Source of the DNA: Octopus sinensis
Lineage: Eukaryota
DNA: 64,000 bases
NCBI RefSeq assembly: GCF_006345805.1
Contig: NC_043004.1
Location: 28,768,001 to 28,832,000, forward strand
Direction: 5' to 3'
Shown here one piece after another: positions 42,101-54,219 of the stretch (within the stretch, counting starts at the first letter, position 1; every line of letters starts with the position of its first letter). The position numbers and the translations under genes are program-made. The notes below the pieces were generated by a model that was given only the letters and a program-made list of their open reading frames with translations, had not been told where the DNA came from and searched no databases.

Positions 42101-44527
42101 CTTTATATGTCCTATATTTCCAAAATGAAAACTCACTTTTTTAAATGGATAATTTTTCCTCGGGTGCATACCACCACATGCAAAACATGGGTTTATATCC
42201 CAATGTTTGTTGTGTTTTATCTCTCTTCAGATTATTTCACAATAGTTTTACTTGGAAACAATCTCTACATTCAATTTCCTCTGTGTTGTGTCTTAAGTAT
42301 CCTTTCACATTCTTCAGACACTTTTTGCAGGATTACATCCTGGCTTTGTTTCAGCTTTGCAAGAATTCTGGTTCTGACTTCTGCATCCTTTTCGGCAGTT
42401 GTCCCTGTGTAAAATTCAGGCATTTGAACATATCTGGAGTTAAATCATCCAGTTTAAACTTCTTGCATTCCTTGTTTACTCTACCAACATATGTGATGTA
42501 ATCCTCATTGTTGTTTTTCTCTATGTTCAGTCACTTCCAACGAGTGTTGAAACAATGAACTATTTTCACTGAAACTTTTATACAATATATCTATTGTATC
42601 ATTAAAGTTTATCTCTGGAGGTTTTATTGGGAGTACATAATTACTGTATTGTTCATGTTCTGTTGCTGCCAGTTTTCAAGATTAAGTGCATTCTCATCTC
42701 ACCATCCCAGTCTTTATATTCTTTCTGAAAGATTTGCTCATATCATCTGTAGTATGTCTCAAAGCAAACTCCTTCATCAGATTCATATTTAAATTTAGTA
42801 ATTGACTTCACAACATAGTCTGGCGAGAAAACTTTTTCTGGCTTTCCTGAGGACTTCAGTAATTGCAGCACTTACTGCTGTAATATTAATTGATGTTGCA
42901 TCTGTTATTGTTCTTGCAGTTGTATCTGTTGTTGTTGTTGTTGTTCATTTAGATGTTGTTGCTGATTTTGCAATTTAAACAAACCTGCCAACAAATTTTC
43001 CATAGTCTTACAATTTTTCTTAAAATTCGTACAACAAATTTTGTAAGTTTATTAGCTCCAAGTGAATTGGTTTATCCTCGTTGAGTTTATCAATTTCTCA
43101 TGAGTTGTTTAAATCCTCTTTGAGTTTCTATTAACTCCACATGAATTGGTTTATCCTTGTCACCACTGTTATGAAATGGTCTTTTGCTACTGTTGAATCT
43201 GCCTTTATACAACAGCTGTTGCTCTGACAGATATTGTTATATTCCCAGTTGTCAATAAGATGTTTCTATTTGGCACTGTATGACCCCCCAGTTGTATAGT
43301 GTTATTATCCCCAAAGGGTTGGATCATTACAACGTCCACTCAATATCACAGTATAATTACTATATCAGCACAGACATAACTATCAACACGGTCTACACGT
43401 ACTCTTTGTACTCTCTCAATACTGGCTGATGTCACCTTACTAATAGTGACCAACTCATTCCATTCGTCCCGCTGTACCGTTCTTACTACTCCCTACAATT
43501 GGTTTTATAGCAGTTTATATTTTTCGCTGCTGAAAGTTTTTCCGTTTGACATTATATAGCTATTAATGGATGATTCATTTTTGCTTGGTTTAAGATTGTA
43601 GTGAGAAACATAGTATAAATGGTAACACAAAGCAAAGAAAATACTTTGATCCCAATTAAACATCCACTACTCAAGTTCTCATTTAATAAATTCAATTTGC
43701 TGACAAGCAGTACTAAAAAAAACTCAGTGAATTAGCCATGCAGCTGTTGTACCCTTTGTTGAGAACACTTTACTTCCTATCACTAGTGGTAGGTAGTCTG
43801 CTGGACCTGACCATCAGATTTCCTACCCTTGAAATTAATGCGTAAGCAACTGAGTATTTGACAGTCATGTGTACTCTTAATGTAATTCTCAGATCAAGTC
43901 AGAGTGACACCGTGTGACAAAACTGAGCTCTGAATTATATGAGAGAGAGAGAGAGAGAGAGAGGCAGAGAAATAAGTCCAAGTATTGATCCAGTATCTTA
44001 TTTATAGGCATAACTGAAGTGGTAAGGACCAATCTTAGAATGTTGGGCTTCATGGAGGGAATGACAATGGATTGAGATGACTGGTCATATGAGTTTCTTG
44101 AGAAGACCTGCACATAGAGAAACCAAGTTCTAGAATAGCTGTGTGTTCCACCCACATCTAACAAGAAAACTTTTCACACATCCAACTGTAACAAACCAAA
44201 CTACATCTCTTCTCTTCCCCACATCTCCTCCTTCATGTACCATGCTTATTTCTCACTCCTCAATCCTCTACTTAGAACCCTGTTCACTGTATCATTGCTA
44301 GCCGGTAGCCAACCCCTCTATACACCCAGGTTCTTCACCACTCACTGCATTCCTCCTGCCCACACTCTACTCACGCTTCTTTGGCAATGCTCTGACACTT
44401 GCCACCATGTATCTCTCTCTTCTTTTACTTGACCTTCCTATTTGTATTCCAATCCCTGTCCCTTGTGAGTATGCCCAGCATTTTGCCATCATCTCTTTCC
44501 TGCTCTCTCTTGCACTCCTGCTGTCTC

Positions 44528-44564
<37 letters not shown>

Positions 44565-47500
44565 TGTTTCTGTCTCTTTATAACCTTTCATCAGCTGACA
44601 CAAGATCACCTCCTCAAATGCTCCCTTCCTTCTCAAAGGATCTTTGTCTTACAAGTTGCTTGGTGATCCTTCCAGTACTGGTGCCACTTCAAAACGCCAT
44701 CCAGTCTACACTGTAAAGTGCTTGGTGTTTGAAAGGGCACCAGCTGTAAAAACAATGCCAAAACTGACCTTGCTTGTGTTTGTGCCACATAAAAAGCACT
44801 CAATCTGCTCTGCTTGGTGGTTGGTATTAGGAAGGGGGAGCCAACCATAAAAAGCCCACCAAAACAGACACATAATTATGGTGCAGGCTCCTGCCTGACT
44901 AGCTCCTGTCGAACCGTCCAACCCATGCCAGCATGGAACGAGGACGTTAAATGATGATTATGATGATGATGATGAAACTGAAAAAAGGCAAAGCCGACAA
45001 GATGTGAACTCAGAGTACAGAGAGCAAGAATGAAACTGCAAGGCATTTCATCTGATACTTTGATGTTGATTCTGTCAGTTTGCCGTTTTAACTGTATCGT
45101 GAACACCATTGGGAAAGACATGATTGTCCAATATGCCACTTCCCCTAAAATAGGCTAATGTGACAAATGAAACTAAAATCAATACATAAAAAAAAAAATT
45201 AAATTTTTAATTAGAAATATTTATATGGTGAGGAAAGTGACAATATTAGTTCAATGATGAAATGGATAATATTATTTCAACCAAATATGGATGACAATTC
45301 AAGGCATGTCATATTAGTCCTCCAGTGAAATCTGACAACATTCTTACCAAAGTTGTGATGAGAGAGTCATTAAGCAGATGTAGTATCTTTAACACAATTA
45401 AGAGGCGGGGACCATTACTTCCTCGCAAAATACTTTAAAGACTAGTCATCCATAACCTTACAAATAAGCTCATACATACACAAATTCTATGTTAGTAGAC
45501 TATCTTGCTGTTAGGTTCTACTACTGTACAACCCATTTGCATATAAATATTATTCATAACGTCAATAAGAAAGTTGCACAAAGAATAAATTTAATTTCTC
45601 ATCTCCATAAACATTGGATTATATGTGAGTATATATATAGCTAGATGTAGGTACATGTGTATGTATATGTATGTGTTACACACACACACACCACATGCAC
45701 CATGTCATAAATCAAGGAGCCAGTTTCCCAATATTCTGATGAAGAATACTGTGAGATTGAAGATACTGTTTGGGTAAAAATCTGTAAAGCAATTTATACA
45801 TACACATACTTCCACATAAATATATACTTACATTTACACACCACATATATATTATCTATTTACATCTAAACACACACATTAACACATACGTACGTCTACA
45901 CACACATTTATGCAGCATAGTATGTTAACATAACAGCTTCTGTATAAAAAGAAAAAAAAAAAAACCATTGTTTTATGTAAAAGATTGCCAACAACTGAAT
46001 CTGGTAATTGTGTCAATAAATGGAAATGTAAGAGAAGTATGGAGCAATGTTGTCATGTGACAGGTATCAGAAGATGAGCAATACAGATTTTTCATTCATT
46101 GTACATTAAGTCAATCCTTCATCACAAAAGGAAGTACATGTAGAGGAGGGGAGAGCAAGGATAGGCTGAAACATGACTGAAAGAAATAGAGAGAGTGAAC
46201 ACAGAGAAAAAGACAAAGAAAAGAGCAGAGGAGGTGGAGAAAGAATACAATAGAAGGAATGTGAAGACAAAAGATATTTGAACACAAATATATGTACATA
46301 TATATACAGTTATGGACAGACATAGGTTTGGCATAAAAAAAAAAATGATGGCAAAGTTAATTTCAAAGTTCAAAACTATGAAAACAATTAAAGGCTAGTA
46401 GTATGCAATAATGGTATTACATCACCATTTTGTGAAGAATATACCCTAACAAAAAGAAAATGAATAACAGTATTACAACAATAAAAAAATCAATATTTAG
46501 ATATGAAAATCCTATGAATTTACCATGACATCACTATAGATGAATATTTGAAGAAAGGAGTAAATTGAATAAGGGAAAAGTAAATATGCAGAAAACTCAC
46601 TTCGGTAAAGGCCAGGAACCAATTTATACACTAAGTCTTGTAAAGTTTCATCAGCCCTGGAAAATAACAAATGGATTATCTTTTTTTAGATTCACCAATA
46701 TTATTATATTAATTGCAAGTAAAACACAATATAGGGATACTAAATATTTTAGACACAGATTTTTTATTTCAATTGAGGCTTTATTAAAAAAAAATGCTAA
46801 CAATTTCTGTTTTGATGTTTATTAATAAAAATCTGATAACTGCTTAAAATGTTTAGATTTAATTCAAATGCTATTTAATTATATATGAGAAAGATATATA
46901 AGCTAATGCTGTCTTACAATATATTAAGAAATCTTGCTAGATATAAAAAGTACCATTTAATTGTTAACAATATTGTCAAAGAATAACTATCACAAAAAGA
47001 GGAAAGTATTGCTGGTGTATCATGAAAATTGTTTGAAAACAATTGTATGGAAATAATTATTCGCAAAACAGTTATTCGAAATAAATAACATTTGTGTTCT
47101 TTATTTTTATTGAGTGCATGATATGATGATGGTAATAATAATAATATTATTAATCCTTTTTACTAAAGGCACAAGATATGAAAGTTTTGGGGAAGGAACT
47201 AGTCGATTACATCCTCCCCAATGTTTCACAGGTACTCAATTTATCGACCCTGAAGGGATCAAAGGCAAAGTTGACCTCGACTGATGAAATACTGCTAACC
47301 ATTTTGACCAGAATGCTAATGATTCTGCCAGTTCAATAATAATAATGGTTTTTAAAATTTTGGCAGAAGGACAGCAATTTTGAGATGAGGGGGAGCAGTT
47401 GATAACATCATTTTCAGTACTTGACTGGTACTTTGACCTTCAAAAGACAAAAGGCATAGTGGACCTGGTAGGATTTGTGTTTCACTTTCCCCAGTTAAAA

Positions 47501-50500
47501 TCTTAATTTTAATTTTTTAGCTATGCAAAAAAATTTTCCCTTTCATGAAGCCCTGGAAATGAAGATCTGACAGATTTTTTTAGCAAAAAAATCATTATGA
47601 CTATAACAAAAATTTAGATAGTTTTTGGAAGTAAAAATACATATATTTTCGTGTTCATACATAAATACACAAATGCTCATTCATTCATTCAATATCTATT
47701 TTCCCATGCTAACACAAATAGACCAAGGGCTTATTCAAGGCAGGATTTTTTTAACTAAATGAATGTTCTTCCCATTGACAACTCTTACTCACACCCCAAG
47801 TAAAGGATTATTCATTCCATAAATGTTCTAAAATGAAGCTCAAGTTGTTATGTCAGCAAAGAATATAAACAAGGAATGGAAAAAAATAAAATCAGTTTTG
47901 CACAGCCTGTGACAAGATTGGCTATGCTATAGCAACAGTTAACCTTTTAGTGTTCAGACCAGCCGTATCCAATTCCTCTACAAAATCACTAAAAAAATAA
48001 ACAAATCACGTTATTGAATTCTCATAGCTTTGAGTTAATGTGAGATAAAGCCTTTCCTGCCTTTATTCAAGTAAAAATACCACAAAATTTTTGAGACTTC
48101 TTGGTTTTTTCAAAATTTGAAAAAAAGTCTCTATCTTAGTTTTTAACAATATGGCCATCAGCAAGTAGTGATTCCGACTTTGAAGGTTTTATTTACTCTT
48201 GATGATGTACAAAATGTAAATGAGAACAACAGTGATTTGCCTTCGGATGAATCTGATACTGATATTTACGAAATTTCATCAGACGAGGAATATCTTGATA
48301 ATGAAAAGGATGAAAATGATATTGAAAACATTACAGCAATATGGTTGAAGATTACTACATCAACTACAATTTCCAATTTCACAGAAAAGATTAGTCCACA
48401 ATACAGTCCACCTCCAAATGCTCAACCATTGGACTATTCATTTTTATTTTTACTGAAAAGCTTTTTTTGAAACTGTCGTGGAGGAAACAAATAAATATGC
48501 TCAACACATAATTTCTAATAGTGGAAGACCTGATCCACTATAGCAGCCAACTGATACTGTGGATATACAAGCTTTTTTTACTATAAACATTATGTTTGGT
48601 TTCAAGCTGCTTCCTCGACTGTGAAACTACTGGAATCCTGATATAAGGTATAAGTCCTGATATAGCATTATGTCTAACTATAGTTAATTCATATATTGTT
48701 TATGTAAAAAGCCAGAAGGTACCTCTGCCACCAACGGCCTATGACCATTTGAAATTTGGGATTGACATCGCATCTCTGTTATGTGAAGGATTTCTTCTAG
48801 AAAGCACAAAACTGGGAGGAAAGCAAAATTAACTGAGGTGGATGTCAAGAGAGAAAATATTGACTCCCATAAAGTGGAAAAAATAAATGGAAGGAAAAAA
48901 GTTTGCAGTGTGTGTTCACAGCACAAAAGAAAACCTGCAAAAGAATATCAGGTTGAGACCTAATTTATGTGTTCATTTTGCAAAGTGCCCTTGTGTTTTG
49001 GACAATTTCATGATTGAAATATGGCATAACTATATTTTGTAGTTTGATAGTAATACTATCATATATTCCTTTAATTTTATTACAAATAATATGTGAAAGG
49101 GAGAAACAGATATCAATTTTCAGTATGTTACATACCTGTTTTCACCTTTATCTCACTTGTTAATGAGCTTTTTTAATTAGATGCATTCTGCTATGTAAAT
49201 GTATTCACTAAATTGTATAACAGTACATAGCCAATGGTATATTGACTAGTAAAAGAGTTTTGTACGTTATTTTCAATGAAAATGCTTGAATGAAATCTAG
49301 AGAAAGAATAAAATCTGTATTTTAATAAATTCAAACTAATGTACCTCAACTTGACAAGTAGCAAAATTGTTGGCAGTTGATATCTGGGATGAATTTAGCA
49401 ACAAGTCAAACAGATGCATTAAGAATTTCAATTTTAGTGTTTATCCATAAAGTTATTGCTTTAACCCTTGTTAATTAAATTTACCTGTCCATAAAAGTCA
49501 AATTCAATCATTAAGATCAGCTAAAGTTACATAACTATAAACCACTGGTACATAAGCACCCACTGACAAAATTTCCAATCTGTCCGAAAAAATTCAGTTA
49601 TAAGCAAATACTCTGGACACCCCTCTTGAACCTGAATAATTCAAAATAATGTGAACAAGTAAGAATTACATTTGACAGATTAATCTGAACACTAAAGGGT
49701 TAAAGAATTTCACACACAATAAATTACCAACAATTTCTATCAACCAAATTCACTCACAAGACACTCATCAATACATCACTATAGAACAAGGAATTTGCTC
49801 AAAATGTCACACAGTAAACTTGTTTGTGCCTATAGCATACCTGTATCTAAAAGTTAAGTACCACCTAAAATGTTACTTAACTTTTCTGATTTGACAGAAA
49901 CTGGTGTTCTCAGTGTGATGCATCAAAATTCAAATTAAAATAGCATAATATACAGCAATCAATCAAGCAAACACACAAAGGAGATAACCTAATTTTACTG
50001 GCTGGATATGCTGAACATTTGAAATGGCAGTGAAGGACCACTGAAAACACATTGAACACTAAGGTGAAGAATTAGTGATCATTTGGTTGCTATAGTTATT
50101 GTGTTGTGTCCTTAAGCAAAAGTATCCTTAATTTACTAGACTGACAAAAACAGATGAATGGCTACTGAGATTATTTTAACCCCACTCCTAATAATACATG
50201 AATAAGGGTGTAGTTAAACTAGAAACTTTATCAATACTTCAAAATCAATGGACAAATTCTGAAGCTTATTTTGCAATTCCAATATTTATATGCTTAAACC
50301 TATTACCATGCATTATCAGCAAATGTTCTGGATCAAATTGCATGTAGTCAGTTTAAGAGGAAAGGAGAGAAGGAGAGATAAAGACTACAAGTAAGGGGGG
50401 TGAGTGAGGGAAGAGAAAGAATGAGAAAACAAAGATAGAAAGACAGTCAGGCAGAACTCATAAATATATAATGGCAGTGAGATAAAACAATATTTTTTAT

Positions 50501-53500
50501 ATCATGATAAAAAAAAAAAACCCTAAAATTAAAGATTGCAAATGCACACATATACAAAATTGTGAACTTAACATGAGAGAAATCATTAAAAATATGATTA
50601 TTAACATAACCTAATGCCATAATCAGAGTAACATATCAGCCACACATATTAGCAGATTATGCATAAAATATTATGTAATGTATTTTTTGTGAAATTAATT
50701 CTTTAAATAATCTATATTATGTACGTAATTACTTGGTCTTGAAATTCCTTTCCTATTCCAGGCAAGAAAAAAAAAATTTAAGAAAGAAAATGAAAACAGA
50801 TGTGTGTTGACATCATGCAATTAATTCCTACAATGAAATATTAAAGCAAATAATAATAATAATAGTAAAAAAAATACATCTTTCAATAAAATCCTAGAAT
50901 TCCTAAATAAATGTAAAATTTTACATGCTGCAGATTTCCTATTCAGGTAAGGCATATGGGTGTGTGTGTGTGTGTGTGTGTGTGAGTTAGACAGGTTGTC
51001 ATAGTCTGAGCCATTTCTTATAGAAAGTCACTCCTTCCATAGATTGGTGCTTCTACAAATCATTTAGCTTCATTTCTATGACTGGATACCCTTCCTGTAA
51101 TCAACCACTATTACAAAGTGTACTGAGAGTTTTTCTCATGGTACCAACACTGTCCATGGGAACTCCTATATGCAGATGGTCTAGTTTTCAAAGCAGAATC
51201 TACAGTAGTAGTAGTAGTAGAGAAGAAATTCCTGGTGTGGAAGCTAAATCTTCAATCAAAAGGCATCAAGATAAACTTAGAGAAAATTAAGATTTTAGTT
51301 TAGCTAGTGAAGAAGACAGAAACTTGGTAGCCCCAGGGAAATGTCTTACTTGATATGCAGGAAAGGAAAAAGTATAACCTTCATATGTGGTACCCTATGT
51401 ATGCTATGAACATACATAGGGTGCCACATATAGGGTAATATATACACACACACTCATAACTGGGAAAAAGTATGAAATAATATTGACGATAATGATACAA
51501 CAATAACCCAACTAATAATAATATTTGAAAAGAATTATAATTAAAAAAATGTTTTGATATCAATTTATAGACAAATTCAATGTTACCTTATGTTCTGTAG
51601 TGGTCTAGTTTTGTGGACCATGACTTCACAAATGGGGCAGAATTTACTAGATTCCAGGTAACGCACAATGCAGGCACGGCAAACTAAAGAAAGCGGTGAT
51701 AAAGTAGTAATTAAGTTTGGATAGTGGGACTGAAACCATAAACAGTAAGTTTCTTAACAACACGCAAATTACACACATATATAATGAGTAGATGCAAGCT
51801 AATTCATATAAATAAGAAATAGCATTGAATGCATTACAAAGATTGGAGTAACATAAAATATACCTCAGAATTTTAGCTTTTCATAAAAGAGTACAATAGA
51901 GAATATATATTTATATAGAACTGAGGTTGACAATGAAAAGACTGAGTGATAGAGGAGTAGCTGGGATGGACAAAGCCAAGACTGAGTGATGGAGAGTAAC
52001 TGAGGTAAGACAGAGTGATGGAAGAATAATTGAGGTGGGGAACGATAAGACAGAGTAATGGGTAGTAACTGAGATGGACAATGGCAAGACAGATTGATGG
52101 TAGAGTACTAACTGATGTAATGCAATCATTCATAACTTGGCCTTGTAGTGAGTAACAAAAGTGGAGGTTAAAGAGGGTGTTAGAGGAAATTGAATATGAA
52201 TAGGTCCAATCCTATCCCACATTTCCTGGGTGGCATGGTAATGTGGATAAGAGAGAAAATGAGTATTATAGAGATAGCTCAGACAGGTTTAATGTCATTC
52301 CTAATTATATAGGAATGTTGATAAAGTGAATAAGAGAGATCTATTGGCACCCTTACTTACACAGGTAGTATAGAACAGAGGATGAATAAAGGGAGTGAAA
52401 TTTTTCATACGTTCAATTTCTATTATATTTCCTTTAGTCTTCACTTCATAGCTTCCATTTTCTATGACTTAGTCAGGAGGAAGACAGACTTTTCTTAACC
52501 CTTGCAGACATTCTGAGACTGATCAGATGCATGCAATGTATAGCTTGCTTTGAATATCTACATGTTAAAGTTATAATAGATGACATCAACAGGCAGCTAT
52601 AGATGACAAGGAAATAATTCCAAGAGTTGATACTCTGAGAAGGATTGTGTATAGGGATTAATATAGGGTTTGGGTGGCAAGGCTCAGCAGAGTGACAAGA
52701 GGAAGAGATGGGGTATATTAGTAGGCTTAGTTGGAAGTTGTATGTAACTAGTGAGTTCAAGAAATGGAGTTTGTTGAGGAAACAAAACAGACAGAGAAAG
52801 CAGATAATACTTATGTGTACAGCAATTAGAAAAAGAAAAAACTGAAATTGTCATGATACTTTAAAATCTACTCAATATTTCAACAAAGTTTTTACATCAT
52901 AATATAACAGCTCTGTGTATGTTAATTTTTGATATAGTTGAAGTCAATGTCATGAGCAGTCAATAAAAAAAAAAAAAAATACATTTGGGAAAAGATGGAG
53001 GACTTCTGGTTTCAATAAAAGAATAGCTCAAGGCTTGAACTCAAGTGGGGAAAAAAAACAACAGGTTTTATATTTTATTGAGAGAATAGTTAGGCTCAGG
53101 GAAATCAGCTATTTGAAGTTTTCTTAATAAATGGTGAATTTTTTTCCCAATTTCTTTCACTATCCCATCTAGTTTGCATCCTCAAGTCACACCACATTGT
53201 GCCCAAACCAATACAATTGCTTCTCAAGCATATGTTTTTTAGTAACATAAGCTCCTCTGCATTCAGCAGTGGTGGCTCATGTATAGGCACTGTTGAGCTG
53301 CAGTACTCCCTATTTCCACTCAATATCATTGATAACATTCAATATAATGAGTCTATTTTTTCTTTAATTCTTTCTTTATACTTGTACATTATATAATCCT
53401 TAAGCTTAATGTCAGTAGCCATCCCCTTGTTTGTGAAAAAAAATGCAAAAATCATTGTATAGAACTGTGCACTTCACAGTTCCAGCAATGCAGGGTTTGG

Positions 53501-54219
53501 ATGTCATGTGCGTGCTCACATGTCCAAGATAGGAAGCTTCATGCTAGGGAGAGAGAGTACTGTATGAACGACAGTGCCAACACCTGTATTCTAGTGAAAG
53601 GTAGTGTTTCTTTTTGACTCTGCGTGTGTTGTGCTTAAATCGTGTTTATATTCTTGAATGTGATAAAGCATAGAATTAGATTATTATCCTGCTTCCAGCT
53701 TCAGTGTTGCTGCCAGGATTTGAAAAATAGGGCACATTTTTCCCCCTTATTTTGTGATTAAGGGAGTGTTTTTGAAAAAGAAGTGGGAATTCACAGTGGT
53801 GTTCAGTGAAAAAAATATAAACACTACCTGGCAGTGGCTAGAATGTGAACCGATCAAGTTTATGTGTAAATTTTCTTTTTATATGTTTGTTCCCTTTTAC
53901 ACAATATTAAATCAATGGCTAAAAATTTTCTGAAGTAGCACTCCCACTTATTTTATCTATGAGCCGCCACTGGCATTCAAATAAAGCTGTCAAATGCAAT
54001 GTTCAGAGCATCTGTGTGTGTGTAAAAGCTTCAAAAAACTCTTCAAATTAAGAAAACTGAAAATTTTTCTCCTTTATTTTTACTTACAAGGATGGAGACA
54101 TTCAATTATGGTTGTAGCATCAATAAAATATCCTCCGCACAAGATACATGTCAAATGAGGATTCAATTCAGTTATTTTAATCCCTACAGAATGGCTTTTC
54201 TCTGGAGATTTAGAAATCT
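4335..54219 (-). CDS. BMI1: Polycomb group RING finger protein (BMI1/PCGF4/Psc-like), spliced and 5'-incomplete: join(54219-54088,51683-51587,46656-46601,39278-39237,38443-38335,35752-35689,20991-20893,6569-6489,5393-4335)
   Basis: Manual splicing gives ..[145 protein letters not shown].., collinear with BMI1/PCGF2. All introns are GT-AG and the phases match through all nine exons. Confidence 0.95.
6129..6397. mobile_element. hAT-type MITE
   Basis: TIRs cagtggtggactgg / ccagcccaccactg; perfect 8 bp TSD cctataaa (6121-6128 and 6398-6405). Confidence 0.88.
6489..6569 (-). CDS. BMI1: BMI1-like exon, RAWUL end ([27 protein letters not shown])
   Basis: Acceptor tctgcgcag and donor gtaagt; 81 nt; [18 protein letters not shown] motif. 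Confidence 0.96.
8777..9132 (+). mobile_element. Non-coding hammerhead-ribozyme retroelement (retrozyme or Penelope-pLTR-like)
   Basis: Interrupts the Gypsy RT (EHVKYV|FEKI); TSD gtaaaatatgt at 8766-8776 and 9133-9143; terminal direct repeat gagatttagaaatgtRttatttctat at 8784-8809 and 9107-9132. Confidence 0.8.
8881..8946 (+). ncRNA. Minimal type I hammerhead ribozyme
   Basis: ccag(a)-CTGATGA-t gag caatga ctc t-GAAA-c ta GTC-(c)ctgg; palindromic stem III actagt; helix I extended by aagcca/tggctt; predicted cleavage after C8929. Confidence 0.75.
12902..13697 (+). mobile_element. CR1-like LINE 3' end
   Basis: [31 protein letters not shown] and [14 protein letters not shown] motifs; (aaaat)n tail; flanked by (TA)n. 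Confidence 0.85.
13915..14431 (+). mobile_element. RTE 3'-end/UTR fragment with the common (GAT)n tail module
   Basis: aaaagcacccactacactc..gtggttggcattagaaaggcatccagctgtag..tccaacccatgccagcatggaaag..gatgatga. Confidence 0.75.
14567..15051 (+). mobile_element. RTE 3'UTR fragment with ~55-60 bp internal tandem units and (GAT)n tail
   Basis: Repeated gccagtacc..actggctcct..gcc..ggca..taaaa..gcacc units and the same terminal module. Confidence 0.75.
15290..16560 (-). mobile_element. Degenerate RTE LINE (RT region)
   Basis: [11 protein letters not shown] and VVKSMKTG motifs; same family as 21150-22470. Confidence 0.75.
16582..17820 (+). mobile_element. RTE/RTE-X LINE with an inverted 5' segment (16582-17125 minus, 17126-17820 plus)
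   Basis: The minus part encodes [19 protein letters not shown]; the plus part resumes at [18 protein letters not shown]; catgtcagagat is present at both breakpoints. Confidence 0.75.
18243..18570 (+). mobile_element. CR1-like RT fragment
   Basis: [38 protein letters not shown]. Confidence 0.8.
18575..19790 (-). mobile_element. L1/Tx1-like LINE relic with an internal ~165 bp duplication
   Basis: [23 protein letters not shown] and [19 protein letters not shown] motifs; 19115-19275 is repeated at 19611-19775. Confidence 0.65.
20893..20991 (-). CDS. BMI1: BMI1-like exon, RAWUL ([33 protein letters not shown])
   Basis: Acceptor atttcag and donor gtgagt; 99 nt, phase 0-0. Confidence 0.95.
21150..23021 (+). 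mobile_element. RTE LINE 3' half with tandemly repeated ORF-end/3'UTR units and (GAT)n tail
   Basis: [33 protein letters not shown] and YADD motifs; about three copies of a ~180 bp unit at 22385-22860. Confidence 0.92.
23159..24455 (-). mobile_element. mariner DNA transposon, near full length, degenerate
   Basis: TIRs gagggggtacccaaaaggaaccggaaa / tttccagttactcttgggtaccccttc inside TA tracts; [24 protein letters not shown]. Confidence 0.9.
24850..25830 (-). mobile_element. RTE LINE 3' end with tail
   Basis: Reverse-strand homology to the 101-853 and 21900-22470 regions; gcatgggttggacgg tail module. Confidence 0.85.
26100..26620 (+). mobile_element. Degenerate RTE RT fragment
   Basis: [22 protein letters not shown] and LLHADD remnants. 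Confidence 0.8.
27875..29342 (+). mobile_element. Tc1-like DNA transposon, degenerate
   Basis: TIRs actgaactacaaaagaaatgttg / caacaattcttttgtggttcagt with TA flanks; [24 protein letters not shown]. Confidence 0.92.
29490..29975 (+). mobile_element. tRNA-derived SINE, interrupted by (TA)n and an RTE tail fragment
   Basis: A box gtggctgtgtggtaag and B box gggttcagtccc; body ggcaccttgggcaagtgtcttctactatagcc; partial copies in both orientations at 30090-30370. Confidence 0.85.
30540..32450 (+). mobile_element. Two old RTE fragments, the second containing a BovB-like RTE segment (31825-32085)
   Basis: GVHQ, LLYADN and FRELL remnants; [23 protein letters not shown]. Confidence 0.75.
32486..32941. 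repeat. Long inverted repeat (~135 bp arms) with an RTE tail module (32627-32813) in the loop
   Basis: aaattagag..catgtagcaattcaacaatgatatacttaaatc versus gatttaagtatatcattgttgaattgctacatg..ctctaattt; aatttg occurs on both sides of the insert. Confidence 0.88.
35689..35752 (-). CDS. BMI1: BMI1-like linker exon ([21 protein letters not shown])
   Basis: Acceptor ttttgtag and donor gtaatt; 64 nt; bridges the phase 2 to phase 0 gap between its neighbours; poorly conserved loop. Confidence 0.8.
37060..38030 (-). mobile_element. Very old RTE relic
   Basis: Residual [11 protein letters not shown] and LEKAFD-like motifs on the minus strand. Confidence 0.55.
38335..38443 (-). CDS. BMI1: BMI1-like exon ([35 protein letters not shown])
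   Basis: Acceptor atttag and donor gtaagt; 109 nt; EDRG..SLSLE marks the RAWUL start. Confidence 0.93.
38657..39017 (-). mobile_element. CR1 LINE 3' end, well preserved
   Basis: [43 protein letters not shown] followed by a (taac)n tail. Confidence 0.88.
39237..39278 (-). CDS. BMI1: BMI1-like exon ([14 protein letters not shown])
   Basis: Acceptor atttcag and donor gtatga; 42 nt; [10 protein letters not shown] as in BMI1. Confidence 0.94.
40015..43497 (-). mobile_element. Gypsy (Mag-like) LTR retrotransposon, internally deleted
   Basis: LTRs 43167-43497 and 40015-40336; PBS tggtgacaaggat; PPT agaaggggaga; TSD gttgg/attgg; gag TPDMFKCL, protease QLDTGSDIT and RT relics. Confidence 0.92.
44025..44975 (+). 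mobile_element. RTE ORF end plus pyrimidine-rich 3'UTR and (GAT)n tail
   Basis: cttagaatgttgggcttcatggag..cttgagaagacc, then a CT-rich UTR and the tccaacccatgccagcatgga tail; similar older copy at ~33200-34270. Confidence 0.7.
46601..46656 (-). CDS. BMI1: BMI1-like exon ([18 protein letters not shown])
   Basis: Acceptor ttttccag and donor gtgagt; 56 nt; PCGF D.TLQD.VYKLVP motif. Confidence 0.95.
47150..47335 (-). mobile_element. tRNA-derived SINE (second family)
   Basis: Reverse complement of gaggtcaactttgcctttgatcccttcagggtcgataaattgagtacc core; homologous to 56348-56562. Confidence 0.75.
47943..49699 (+). mobile_element. piggyBac DNA transposon, internally deleted
   Basis: TTAA|ccttttagtgttcaga .. 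tctgaacactaaaggg|TTAA; acidic N-terminus [16 protein letters not shown], and C-terminal [23 protein letters not shown]. Confidence 0.88.
51587..51683 (-). CDS. BMI1: BMI1-like exon, RING C-half ([33 protein letters not shown])
   Basis: Acceptor ctttctttag and donor gtaaca; 97 nt; two CxxC pairs. Confidence 0.96.
53267..53972. mobile_element. hAT-type MITE
   Basis: TIRs cagtggtggctcat / atgagccgccactg; 8 bp TSD gcattcag/gcattcaa. Confidence 0.85.
54088..54219 (-). CDS. BMI1: BMI1-like exon, RING N-half ([43 protein letters not shown])
   Basis: Acceptor ttcttctctttgcag and donor gtaagt; 132 nt; no in-frame ATG. Confidence 0.93.

Noticed and set aside
48168-48470. Acidic 100 aa ORF as a nested gene
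   Set aside because: It is the N-terminal relic of the piggyBac transposase, followed by frameshifts and stops
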